Below, one piece after another: positions 1 to 11,925 of a stretch of DNA of 64,000 bases. Both the position numbers and the translations under genes were made by a program. The notes under the pieces were generated by a model. The model saw nothing but the letters and a program-made list of their open reading frames with translations, ran no database searches and had not been told where the DNA came from. Position 1 is the stretch's first letter. Each line of letters starts with the position of its first letter. This stretch comes from Octopus bimaculoides (lineage: Eukaryota), in the NCBI RefSeq assembly GCF_001194135.2, contig NC_068988.1:47163531-47227530 (forward strand). The letters are read 5' to 3'.

Positions 1-844
1 ATATATATATTGCTAGGATTTGAAATCATGATCCAGGTATATCTCTTACCTCATTCTAAAGCTTTTTAGCTGAGATAGTATGTTAAATTTTGCTCCTTGG
101 CCTGTTTTCTGTTGGTCCGTTGCGTATTTTCAGTGAGATTAGTGGGTAAGTTGAGAATTTTGACTCCCGTTTCTAGCAAGCTGGTGCATCGTATACCGTC
201 TATTATAATTACTAACAAATTTATCCATCTACGATGGAGGCATAAAATGAGGGATGGAAGTAATAACAGCGGTATTGTATTAAGAAATGTGTAAATGGAC
301 TTGATAGATTACTGTGTGATGTCATAGAGAAATCAGATTATTGTTGGTGATACAACATTCTATTGTAGCTATATGACATGTGTTGCGACTAAGTGACATG
401 TAATGACGATTCACTCCCGAACTCTGTATCATGAATGGTTATGTCGACCAGAGCTTCCTTCGACCACTATATAAAAATTAAGAAAAGAATGTTATTCACA
501 CATACATTTATTTTAGTTGTTTACACTATTTTTCGCTTGTTTATAGTCTTATACAATCAAAGCTCACAAATTTCCTTGTTTAAATTATAAATCAGTTGCT
601 CTACTCATAGCGACGTATAACTGGCCGTGTGTAAACATCAGAGTTGGTAAAAATACATCTGCACGATCTAAAGTCTGGCTCTGTGCCTTGTTTTCCGTGA
701 ATGTGTAAGTGGAATCTTTAGGGTTGGAAAAATTCAGACTAAGACTTATCTCTCACTGTTCTATGCGAATAATGTCTAGTTGTTCTGGTACTATGGGCTA
801 TTTTGATTAACATAATTGAGATGTAAACAACAACCGCTTAGATT

Positions 845-1250
845 AGTCGTTTCGAATCCTGCTCGAGACTGGCACACTTCAATAACCACTAAATAATCAC
901 ACACTCTATATACTGATACGCATCTTTTTCCATTTTATTTTCACTATTAACCCTCCTCTCGACCCCCTTCGTATCCACAATGGGGCTACGAACTATACGA
1001 TGAATATCCAGAGTTAGTCGTGGTCGGTGGAATTTTAACAGAAAAAAAAATCTTAAAGGTGATTTATTAATACAAAACTCAATATTCACTAAATAATCCT
1101 ACTTTTTCACATGTTTTTCGCTAAAAACTTCTTGATTACCTCCTTCGTAATCCCGAAAAACATCGTGACCATTAGTCCAGACGTTTGACCGTGGAAAACA
1201 GACAGACAGATAGACGGACGGACATAACATCCATTATAGTAAGATGAACA
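845..1250 (-). mobile_element. Possible non-autonomous Helitron-like element
   Basis: The minus strand starts ATCTTACTATAATGGATGTTATG followed by a (GTCC/GTCT)n tract and CCACGGTCAAACGTCTGGAC, a layout typical of short Helitron-type elements. The putative end is TCGAGCAGGATTCGAAACGACTAAT (small hairpin plus degenerate CTAG). Pattern recognition only. Confidence 0.35.
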
Positions 1251-1318
1251 TATATATNNNNNNNNNNNNNNNNNNNNNNNNNNNNNNNNNNNNNNNNNNN
1301 NNNNNNNNNNNNNNNNNN

Positions 1319-1351
<33 letters not shown>

Positions 1352-1964
1352 CACACACACACATATGTATGTATATGTATGTGTACACACGCAAACACAC
1401 GCATAGTAAGCTTTTGTGCAATTTGCATTGTGAAATTCCATTCACAAATATTCAATGCAAGGATTTGGTATAAACTTAGCGGGATAGAGCCAAAGACCAC
1501 ATGGTTGCAACGTGAACTTCTTTACCTCACTCTCACGTCTTTCTCTATATGACGCTACTTATGGTACTGACATTCCTTTCTTTATGTTTCACAATAATAA
1601 ACACAAGTACGATAATAACCAATCGTAACAATGAGGTGAAGATGCGATAATATCGATGGTTGATGTCTCTCCTTCTCAATGATAATATTGTTGTAGGTAT
1701 TATTACCAGGAAAGCCCGCGTTGAGCTAACCTACTATTTACGACATTTCAACCGTGATCATCCTGTCCATATCTCAGATATATGTCCTTTATATCTAAGA
1801 GGATTGTGTGTATATTAACGGAGGATGTGTATGTAAGTCCCAACAGACACAAAATTCCAGAAAGCTAATAATTATTCAGGAGGAATACAATAGTGGAACA
1901 ATGTCTCACAAAACCTTTAATGAATGGGATTTCTAATGCGTCCATTATGGTGGCAAAGAGAAGA

Positions 1965-2185
1965 CAACAGGAGGAGGAGGAGGAGGAGGAGGAGGAGGTG
2001 GAATAAGAGGAAAATGAGGAGGGAGAAAAGAAGAATAGAAGCCGTAAATGTAGGAGAAAAGGAGGCGGGGAGGAGGAGAGAGCGAAGAAAGATCAGCAGT
2101 AGCGGAAGAAGAAGAAGAAGAAGATGATGATGATGATGATGATGATAATGATGATGAAGAAGAAGAAGAAGAAGAAGAAGAAGAA

Positions 2186-2218
<33 letters not shown>

Positions 2219-2275
2219 GAAGAAGAAGAAGAAGAAGAAGAAGAAGAAGAAGAAGAAGAAGAAGAAGAGGGAGAT
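1965..2275 (+). repeat. Compound (GGA)n/(GAA)n/(GAT)n microsatellite
   Basis: Directly visible. The acidic reading frame is broken by TAA/TAG stops. Confidence 0.95.
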
Positions 2276-2349
2276 TTAACTGCTATATCTACCAGCTTAC
2301 ATGATCAACTTAAAGGTTCTCTTTGCCTGGTATTATAAGGTTCGTGTTA

Positions 2350-2875
2350 ATCATTGACAATGATGGATATAGTAGTGGCCATTGTAGTAGTAGTAGTGGT
2401 TGTGGTGATGGCGGTGATGCTGCTTCTGCTGTTAATGATGATGCTGATGTGAGTGATGATAATTATGATGGCGACGACGATAATAATCCTTACAAGGAAG
2501 ATGACGACAACGGTGGCAGTGGCAATGAGAATGATAATGACGATGATGGTAGTGGTGGTGTTGATGGTGATGATGATGATGGTGGTGATGGTGATGATGG
2601 TGGTGGAAGTGATGCTGCTGCTGCTGGTGATGGTGATGATGGTGGTGGTGATAGTGATGTTTTTAATGCCGGTAATTGATGAGGAATGGGATATTGACCT
2701 TAGTGGTGGGTGATGATGGATGATGCTGATAATTGTGGTGATAGGGATGGTGATGATGATGGCCCCAAGGATGATCTTAGTGACGACGTAGAGCAAGATG
2801 ATTTTCATGATGACGACGGCTGAGACGACGACGATGATGGTGGTGGTGGTGTTGTTGCTGACAGTGATGGATTTA
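2350..2875 (+). repeat. Degenerate (GAT/GGT/GCT)n low-complexity tract
   Basis: Directly visible. It produces the spurious D/G-rich and I/T-rich ORFs in the track. Confidence 0.9.
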
Positions 2876-3254
2876 GTCTAAATGACACGTGGTTTCTTTC
2901 AAGCCAACTACTGTTCTACGCGCCAATTTAAATAAATAACAATAAAATATAAACAGCAATCAAACAGAAAGAAAACAGCAGCAAAAACATTATCCCTATC
3001 ACCACTCATAACCACCACCACCACAACAACAACAACAAGAATAACGAACCAACAACGGAGCTTTTTCATAGCCATTCGATCTACGAGAAACAACGGCAAA
3101 ATATCCCTCAAATTACACTCAACAGCCATAAAAACAGGAGACAAACATTAATAACGTAGTACTTCATTGCCAGACATGACGTGATGGTCATGGATAGAAT
3201 ACCTTTAATCATAAAAGTTGCTCTGTTTAGGTTGGCCTGAAGTTAACAACTATT

Positions 3255-3666
3255 CTTTTCTACTCTAGGCACAAGACTCGAAATTTTGGTGGAGGAGCCA
3301 GTCGATTAGATTGTCTCCAGTACGCAATTGGTGCTTAATTTATCGACCCCGAAAGGATGAAAGGCAAAGTCGACCTCGACGGAATTTGAACTCAGAACGT
3401 AGAGACAGACGAAATACCGCTAAGCATTTCGTCCGGCGTGCTAACGTTTCTTATTTCTTTACTGCCCACAAGGAGCTGCACACAGAGGGGACAAACAAGG
3501 ACAGACAAACGGATTAATTCGATTATATCAACCTCAGTGCGTTACTGGTACTTATTTAATCTACCCCGAAAGGATGAAAGGCAAAGTCAACCTCAGAACG
3601 TAGCGGCAGACGAAATACCGCGAAGCATTTCGCCCGGCGTGCTAACGTGTCTGCCAGCTCGCCCCC
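3255..3666 (-). mobile_element. Head-to-tail dimer of tRNA-derived SINE family A, flanked by a 12-bp TSD
   Basis: Two copies of the body (GAGCTGGCAGAAACGTTAGC...GCCTTTCATCCTTTCGGGGT...AAGTACCAGT) with different 3' tails, joined at 3450/3451. TTAACAACTATT occurs at 3243-3254 and 3667-3678. Confidence 0.9.
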
Positions 3667-4896
3667 TTAACAACTATTATATTGAGATGATGATGTAATG
3701 TTGATATGAAGATTGACATATAGTGATTTCTTTTTTGTGTTTATTCAAACACTGAGCCAACGAAGGAGCCTCGTATAGAGCTCCCTAACTGCTAATAATT
3801 CAGACATAGCGGCTAGATCTCCCTTGACTCACACCAGAACATCTTAAGGAAGCAATGAAATAATATTTGACACAGTTTTAGATAACAATCTGCCGGAAGA
3901 AAATATAGGATTGCAATGACAAGCCAAAGAGTAGCCTGTAACTATGCAGGTCACCGTCTTCACTCCGTGGAGCATTTTCAAAATAACGTATATCTAGACA
4001 TCAAAAATAAGAGCCGTGGTTTTGTTGATGCTTCGAAATTATATGAATGCAAATGAACAAACACAACCCATATACATTGCAACTGCACTGATTAACTGGA
4101 AACATATCACTCTTCCTCCATACAGAAATCCATCACCACAGAAATCAATATATATATTAAGCACTTTATTATTTTTATAATATTAATATGCACCACAGGA
4201 TTCTTTTGTAAACATATAACTGTACAATTAGATATAAATCCCTAATGGTACAACTTATATTTTGATAGGTGGGATTAGCCTCTCAAAGGGAATGGGAAAT
4301 ACAGTTTTAGCAAAGTAAAAAGTATGCTGTTGCCCTGATGATGATCATAACGATGGTGGTTATATGAGGTATTTATTTGCAATAATTACAATCTTAATCA
4401 CTTAGTCTTACCGCATGAAGAAACCACGAGGTAATCTTATAGCTCAGTGCAAACAATAGCTTCACTGCAACACGGATGACTGATACGTCGTATCTGCTTG
4501 TTTTGTTGAACTGAATTCAGTTCTCGTTACAGAGGAGTTAATCGTATTTCTCTAATCTCCAACGTAAAAAAGATTTTTGTTCCTCACCTGTTTAATACTG
4601 TAAAAAATAAATGAGAATAAAATTAAAAAAACTATAGTTAAGCACGGTTTCTGTGGTTTACAAGAGTCCGTAGAAAGAAATAATTATTATGATTGCTAAC
4701 TTAGATACAAGGCCACAGTTTGGAGAGAAGTAATGTAGTTAATCATATAGATCACAGTTGATGATTGGTAATTATTTGATCGTCCCCTCGCAATAAAGAT
4801 AAAATTTATCCTGGTAAGAACAGAAATCAATGAAAAGGTAAATAAAATCACAAGCTTATTCTAATTGACATTTTACTTGTCATCAGCAACGACTTC

Positions 4897-5105
4897 TGGA
4901 TTGACAGAATTGCTAACGCTTTGGCAAAAATATAGCTGTACACTTTGCGGCTCTTATAGCTCTGAGTTGAAATCCTACCGAGGTCAACTCCACCATTTAT
5001 GGTGGAGTTGATAAAGTAATGTACTTGTCATGTACAAGGAAATGATTTAATTGACAAATCCTCTTTCCAGTTTTGTGACCATCTGCCAAATTTAGAAATT
5101 ATTAT
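4897..5105 (+). mobile_element. Degenerate SINE family A copy
   Basis: GCTCTGAGTTGAAATCCTACCGAGGTCAACT...GATAAAGTAATGTAC matches the family A body. Confidence 0.6.
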
Positions 5106-5189
5106 TTTCCTTTGATATCAGCAAGAGAGCAATTACCTAACAAACGACAACCAACCGCTTAGGACAGGCATTGTAGTGTAATGGTATTG

Positions 5190-5910
5190 TTCAACACAGC
5201 TTCTGGTCCTCTCGGGTTTTACTTTCTTGTCTCAGGTAATAAAAGAGAGAGGAAAAATGATTTTAGAATATAGATTGCAAGGACAAGAACTTACGTAGAG
5301 TGTGAACCGTACTGTTTAGTACTATTTTCTGGATTTTGTATATGCTTGGTTTCTGAGGTATTTTCTCAAGGAAGCCGTTGACGTTTTTCTTTTTTCCTTT
5401 GGTTTTTGTTTTTATTATTGTTCTTTATCCCTGGTGTTTCAGTCACAGTTGGTATGTTTCTGTCTTCAAATGCCACATCCTGTTTATTTCAGTTTACATT
5501 TGGCAAGTTTATCATATTCCTTGGTGGATATAATTTTATCAGGTGGCATTGTCATATTAATAAGTTGGCAGGGCTTGTTTTGGTGCCTTTAGCAATACTT
5601 TATGGGCAGTTGGCATTGAAAATGCGATCCGCATGTATTGTAAAGTCCTAAAGGGCGATGATGTTACATTCAACTATTGGTTTAGATTAGGGTTCATACC
5701 AGTGTTTCGCTTATTCAGCAACGAGACTTCTGTACAAAAACCATCAAATGTATTGGCCAACTCTATCATGTTTATTTTTTTATTTGGCTATGAACATCAT
5801 TGACTCTGTACTTAGGGTCTGCTCCTTGAGGACGTTAGCTTGATAAATTTTTGTAAATAGACACCAGGCTTGAGATCGGTATGTGGTTGATCTACGTCAG
5901 TTGGATTAGG
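5190..5910 (-). mobile_element. R4/Dong-clade non-LTR retrotransposon 3' fragment (degenerate)
   Basis: Minus-strand translation across frameshifts gives YQANVLK-GADPKYRV, HDRVGQYI*W, AKHWYE, AL*DFTIHADR and FLEKIPQKPSIYKIQKIVLNSTVHTLRKFLS, the zinc-knuckle/restriction-like endonuclease C-terminus of R4-type ORFs. Confidence 0.8.
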
Positions 5911-6569
5911 GAGGAATAATATATATCATTTCAATGCGAACTGGTCTTGCAATAAGAAAGAAAAGCTGGGACCATGACATAATGTGACTGAACGAAGATG
6001 AGGATGCAGGAAAATCAGCGATAGTCGCGCATCAGCAATAACACAAGGTACAACAAAATTTAATCTCATATCTCCGAAGCTAAAACCAACAGGAAAAATT
6101 CACAAGCAGGACATAAAATATAAGGCCAAAAACAAAAAAAACAAAACAAACAAACAAAAAGTATAGCGACAGCAAGAGTAACAAAACCATATAAACCTGC
6201 AACTACACATACATAGAAGTGTAACCAGGGAAAAACAGTTCATTCAGTCAACAAAATAAAGCAAGAATAACAATAGCAGCAGCAGCAGCAGCAAGAAAGA
6301 CCAAAGAGATAGGCTTTGAAAATTGCGCCCCAAAAGACATCGGTAAAATGAGGTCAGGTAAGAAATTCATTAGACGTGGGATATTTCCGAAGAATTTCCG
6401 GAAAGAGAGTTTTGGAGAACATTTTGCTATCCCATTACCTATCAAGAAAATTGTACGACACGTTAATGACTTCGGTCAAACATTTCTCTTCATAACAAGG
6501 CAGTACCAAGATCGGGTTGCATAAATACTTGCAGCTTGCTTTACTTGGAATTAATGTGTGTGAGTGAGT

Positions 6570-6624
<55 letters not shown>

Positions 6625-6854
6625 TGTATTTGTGCGTGTGTGTTATGGGACTCTCTTTTTCTCATTTTGCTTTACTCCTCAATCTTTATATATCTCTGAA
6701 GAGAATCTAACAAAATAGTACCCACTTCCTCGTTTATTTAGTTAGAAATAAATTCCTGTTTACTCAGAGTGCTCCGTTTCATAGTCAGAAGGCAAAAACC
6801 AAAGAAAGAATTTTTAAAATAAAGAAAAACGTATTTACAGCTCAGCACTGAAAT

Positions 6855-7070
6855 ATAACAATAACTGTTTCTAACATACGTAGAGGGTCTTGAAATTTGC
6901 GGTGAGTTAAGTCGTTGTCGTACTTGAGTGGTACTTTATTTTATCGACACTGAATGGAGGAAAAACAAAATTAAATCTGCAGGATTTTAAGTTAAACGTA
7001 AAGAACCGGAGCTAAAAGCCACTTTTTCACTTTTTCTTCATATTCTAACAGTTTTGTAATGCATTGCTAT
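6855..7070 (-). mobile_element. Degenerate SINE family A copy
   Basis: GGTACTTTATTTTATCGACACTGAATGGAGG...GCAGGATTTTAAGTT is the reverse complement of the family A core. Confidence 0.55.
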
Positions 7071-8309
7071 TACTGACGGTGATTCTATATCTTAAAATGT
7101 TCCATCTACTGGAATACAAGGAAAATGTTTCTGAGTAATATGAGAAGAGGATTAGGTTCGCAAATTAAAAAAAAAAATGTAAAGTTGGTAAAGCGTTAAC
7201 AGTTCCATAGGAACAGTGAGACAAGTGGTTATAGCAGCTGTCAGAGAAGCAACTAGTAATGGTATCAGTAACAGTAGAAGAGTCGACAAAATATACACAG
7301 AACAGAAATTTGCGCAAGTCCAATGTTCGGAGATATTTTGTGAATGCAGTTTGGCTTATTACGAAAATAGCTTCATCGTAGCTACTGTATAGAACTAGTT
7401 CATATGTACTACTACTGAAATCATTCACAAGAGTTCAGATGATGGATGGCCTCCTTAGATTCTGAGTTGTGTAACAACCATTTAAAATATAAAACTTGTA
7501 TAAAAGTGTTTAGAAACAGCTTTAGTTTACTTGACCTGCGAAGAAAAGCAAATAATAAAAAAAGAAAGACTATTGTTTTTACCGTTCCTTTATTTCAAAA
7601 GCAAGTATACGTACGTTAAACTTATGATCATCATTCTCACTGCATATTGTTCGTTTCTGTGCTATTGATCGATCTATCAATCTTGTTTAAACAGATCATA
7701 CTAAAATGTTCGAAAGCCTCGAGGTTTACATGTGTACACAAAGAAGTCAAACGGTTTCAAATTGGACAAACAAAAGAACATCAGATTACTGTTCTGTGTA
7801 ATTATCATATATATTTGATGGCTTATTTATTTATTCTGATCGGTTTTGTCATTTCTTTTTATATATCATATCATATAATATGAAATCGCTTTTCCTCTCC
7901 AGAAGCTTGCATTGCTTTATTGCAGAAAATAGATTTGTGTGTTCAAGTTTTTATACATGGCGACACACAATATTAGACTGCCCATGTAATACAACGAAGT
8001 AACCACGTCCGATCTGCTAGACATAGATGCCAAATAACATCTTACTATTGTATAAAAAGGAAGACATATTGATAGTATAGTCCTAAATACATACCTATGC
8101 AAATAAAATGTATTCAGATAATGATGAAAGATCATGAACCGGTAAGGCGATTTCTAAGGGCTCCCTTTCCTTACAAACTTATTGTACCTGAAGTAGAATA
8201 TACATGTTTAAGCCCCTATCATCATCGACGTCGTCCTCGTCGTCATCATCGTCATCATTATCATCATCATCATCATCATTTTACTCCCATATATGCGTGC
8301 GTGCATGTG

Positions 8310-8342
<33 letters not shown>

Positions 8343-8406
8343 ATTGATATATTTCGGGATGGTCATCTTTCTTTGTTTTTGGTAAATAAACACCCGCAAT
8401 ATATAT

Positions 8407-8656
8407 TCATTCTTCACTCGGTTATTGCTGTTCTCATTTCAACTGATGTCAATCGTCTGGAAATCATTCATCACATATCTGCAACCGCTTTAGCGACACT
8501 TACCGTTCTTGTGTATCCATTCTAATGGACTAAGCGGAGCAGGAGGATACATGAGGACGGAAAGTGTCGCTAAAGAGGTCGCAAATGTGTGATGAAAGAT
8601 TTCCGGACAATAGACATCCGTTAAAATAAGAACATTAATAACCAAGTGAAGAACGA
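8407..8656. repeat. Long foldback inverted repeat (112-bp arms, 26-bp loop), probable MITE
   Basis: Manual gapless alignment of 8407-8518 to the reverse complement of 8545-8656 gives 93/112 identities. Confidence 0.9.
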
Positions 8657-8748
8657 GCGTTAAATAAAAGAGCGCCAAATATAACAATATCTGTTTCAAC
8701 TCATGGTTGTACACCAAGAAACTTGCAGCATAAATTCATAATTGCGTA

Positions 8749-8787
<39 letters not shown>

Positions 8788-10596
8788 NNNNNNNNNNNNN
8801 NNNNNNNNNNNNNNNNNNNNNNNNNNNNNNNNNNNNNNNNNNNNNNNNNNNNNNNNNNNNNNNNNNNNNNNNNNNNNNNNNNNNNNNNNNNNNNNNNNNN
8901 NNNNNNNNNNNNNNNNNNNNNNNNNNNNNNNNNNNNNNNNNNNNNNNNNNNNNNNNNNNNNNNNNNNNNNNNNNNNNNNNNNNNNNNNNNNNNNNNNNNN
9001 NNNNNNNNNNNNNNNNNNNNNNNNNNNNNNNNNNNNNNNNNNNNNNNNNNNNNNNNNNNNNNNNNNNNNNNNNNNNNNNNNNNNNNNNNNNNNNNNNNNN
9101 NNNNNNNNNNNNNNNNNNNNNNNNNNNNNNNNNNNNNNNNNNNNNNNNNNNNNNNNNNNNNNNNNNNNNNNNNNNNNNNNNNNNNNNNNNNNNNNNNNNN
9201 NNNNNNNNNNNNNNNNNNNNNNNNNNNNNNNNNNNNNNNNNNNNNNNNNNNNNNNNNNNNNNNNNNNNNNNNNNNNNNNNNNNNNATATATATATATATA
9301 TATATATACATATACACATACACATATAAATATGCATACGTCCTTGTGTTCATGTTGTTCTATGTGTGTATAAATATATTTTAAAATGTGTACCTACTTT
9401 GTATGTTGTGTGTGTATGTATACGTATATATGTGTGCCTGTATAAGCTTTACACACACACACACATTCACACACACACTCATTCACACACTCACAAACAC
9501 ACACTCACAGACAACACAAACACATATATACACGTTTTGGAATATATACATTTATCGATTTGTCTTACACTCTTTCTCTCTCTCCCTGTGTATGTATGTA
9601 TGTGTTAGTGTGTGTGTGTGTGGTGTATATGTATGTATGTNNNNNNNNNNTGTTAGTGTGTGTGTGTGTGGTGTATATGTATGTATGTATGTATGTATGT
9701 ATATATGTATGCATGTATATGAGTGTGACTTTGTACGTGTGTGTATGTACTTTGTTTCTCCACATTAGTATTTTGAAAAGCATATTGAGGTGTGGTTGAT
9801 GTGAGAATGAAATCCTTGAAAGTTCAAATGCTTTCTGTGATGTTTTTGTGATTTCCTAGTGAAGTGAACTCTTGTTGAACACAATGTTTTGGTATTAGTT
9901 CGACCTCCTTGTCTTTGTGCATTCATTCATGAATTCTGTAAAAATCTTTCAATCACAAACGCTTCTGACCCCCACTTATCCATCTGCATAATTACTTCGG
10001 TAAAAAATTCTTTTATATTATTTACATATATTTTTTATATATTTTATGTTATTTTATTATTTCTTTATCTGCTAGTCTACTTTGTTATTTCTTGTTACTT
10101 TGTTTAAGTTAAGGATGGTGAATTCCTTAATTTCCATCAAGCACTTAAACTTAATTGATATAAAGGTGTTCATATACGAAGAAAACCTTTTCTATAATAA
10201 TGGCAACACAGTATATCTTTATTGCAATGTTTACCTTCTACTAAACAAATCAATGTAATTTCCTCCTGGTTCGGCCTTCCGTACACTGTGTATATAAAGA
10301 GTGAGTTTTGTGTGTATACCTAGAGTTGAACTGTTCATGCAACCACGAGGTTCCGGTGATTTGAGAAACTAGCTATCTTTATTTGCATTCAGGCATGAAT
10401 ATAGTAGTTTTGTATAATGAAGACAGTACTATTATGTTTACTTGTATAATGCAAACAATTAAACATGATTTCTTCCAGACCGAAATTAATACAATACGAA
10501 GACGGTTATGAAACAGCTGCAATCCCATGAAAATCACGAATTTATATATATATATATATATATATTTTACATATTATTTATTATTTGTTATTTAAC

Positions 10597-10736
10597 TGAA
10601 CGCGATGCATCCATTTCCAAGTAAGAGCGTAGGTTCGAAACGTAAAAGAGTTTCTCACTTCCTGAGCGTTAAACTAATACATCTGCTTGTTGTTTAGACA
10701 CCCGCCTTCGTCTTTGGTTTTTTTTTGTAAATTCTC

Positions 10737-10741
<5 letters not shown>
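10597..10741 (+). mobile_element. Penelope-type terminal-repeat-like sequence (copy 1)
   Basis: AAGAGCGTAGGTTCGAAACGTAAAAGAG...GAGCGTTAAACTAATACATC...TTGTTGTTT is shared with the minus-strand copy at 26265-26458. The Penelope assignment is inference. Confidence 0.5.
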
Positions 10742-10804
<63 letters not shown>

Positions 10805-11462
10805 CATACCTCCAATTCGGTTCAGTTACGTTATATTGATAAACCATAAAATTGACGAAACATCGATACCCATCAATCCTGAATGAAATTCGGGTGAGTT
10901 ATCTGACCTACCTATGACTTTCATGTGTTTTTACACCCGGCGCTTTAAGGAAGTCATTTCCACTGCTCCATTTTGCAGTCAACCGGCGAACAAACAAAGT
11001 ATATAGATTGGGTATGTGTGTTCATTAATATATGCTTACATCTTCTTAGATGCTTGTACGAGTTAGTGTTCATGTACCATACAACCTACGAGAGGGAGAT
11101 TATACATCCATATCCGTTAACGGTTATATGTGATACATTTTTCTCTGTATTGCATGTTCGTTTCTTTTTTGCATATTATTTTATTATTGATCTCCTATAT
11201 AAATAAAGCTATATACTTTAATTTACTGTCTTTCTTTACTCAAGCTGAGAAGATATATTGCATAACTGTTATTTTAACGAGTTAAATGTATTTATCATCC
11301 GAAGAGACACATCTGCACTGCCGGTTGCTCTTGAACCAGTTGTTAAGAATTCCACCAGAGAGGGATTGCTGCTAGATGGGTCGAAATAATTGTAGTGATT
11401 AATAAAAATTCTCGTAACTTCCATCTTCCGTCTCCAATTAACCAAATATATACTTACACACA

Positions 11463-11517
<55 letters not shown>

Positions 11518-11805
11518 ATATATATATATACACACACAAATACATATATACATACATATATATATATATATATATACATATAAAAATAATCATATATTTA
11601 TGCATATATATATGTATATATATATATATACATATATGTGTATACATACATATACATATATATATATACATACATATATACATACACACACATATATATN
11701 NNNNNNNNNNNNNNNNNNNNNNNNNNNNNNNNNNNNNNNNNNNNNNNNNNNNNNNNNNNNNNNNNNNNNNNNNNNNNNNNNNNNNNNNNNNNNNNNNNNN
11801 NNNNN

Positions 11806-11844
<39 letters not shown>

Positions 11845-11891
11845 TATATACATACATACACATATATATATATACAGATATACATACACAC

Positions 11892-11925
<34 letters not shown>

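Noticed and set aside
2323-2808. Asp/Gly-rich and Ile/Thr-rich ORFs (also 12322-12612, 36179-36391, 59028-59384)
   Set aside because: Degenerate trinucleotide tracts that are stop-poor in several frames. The only real coding signal is the R4 C-terminus inside the 59-kb ORF.
4508-4523. Perfect 16-bp palindrome GAACTGAATTCAGTTC
   Set aside because: About one such palindrome is expected by chance in 64 kb.
6225-6524. 99-codon stop-free plus-strand frame
   Set aside because: No early ATG or clear acceptor, no recognisable motif, and it includes a (GCA)n run.
7211-7261. Possible mini-exon GTVRQVVIAAVREATSN
   Set aside because: Weak donor, too short to evaluate, and no homology recognised.
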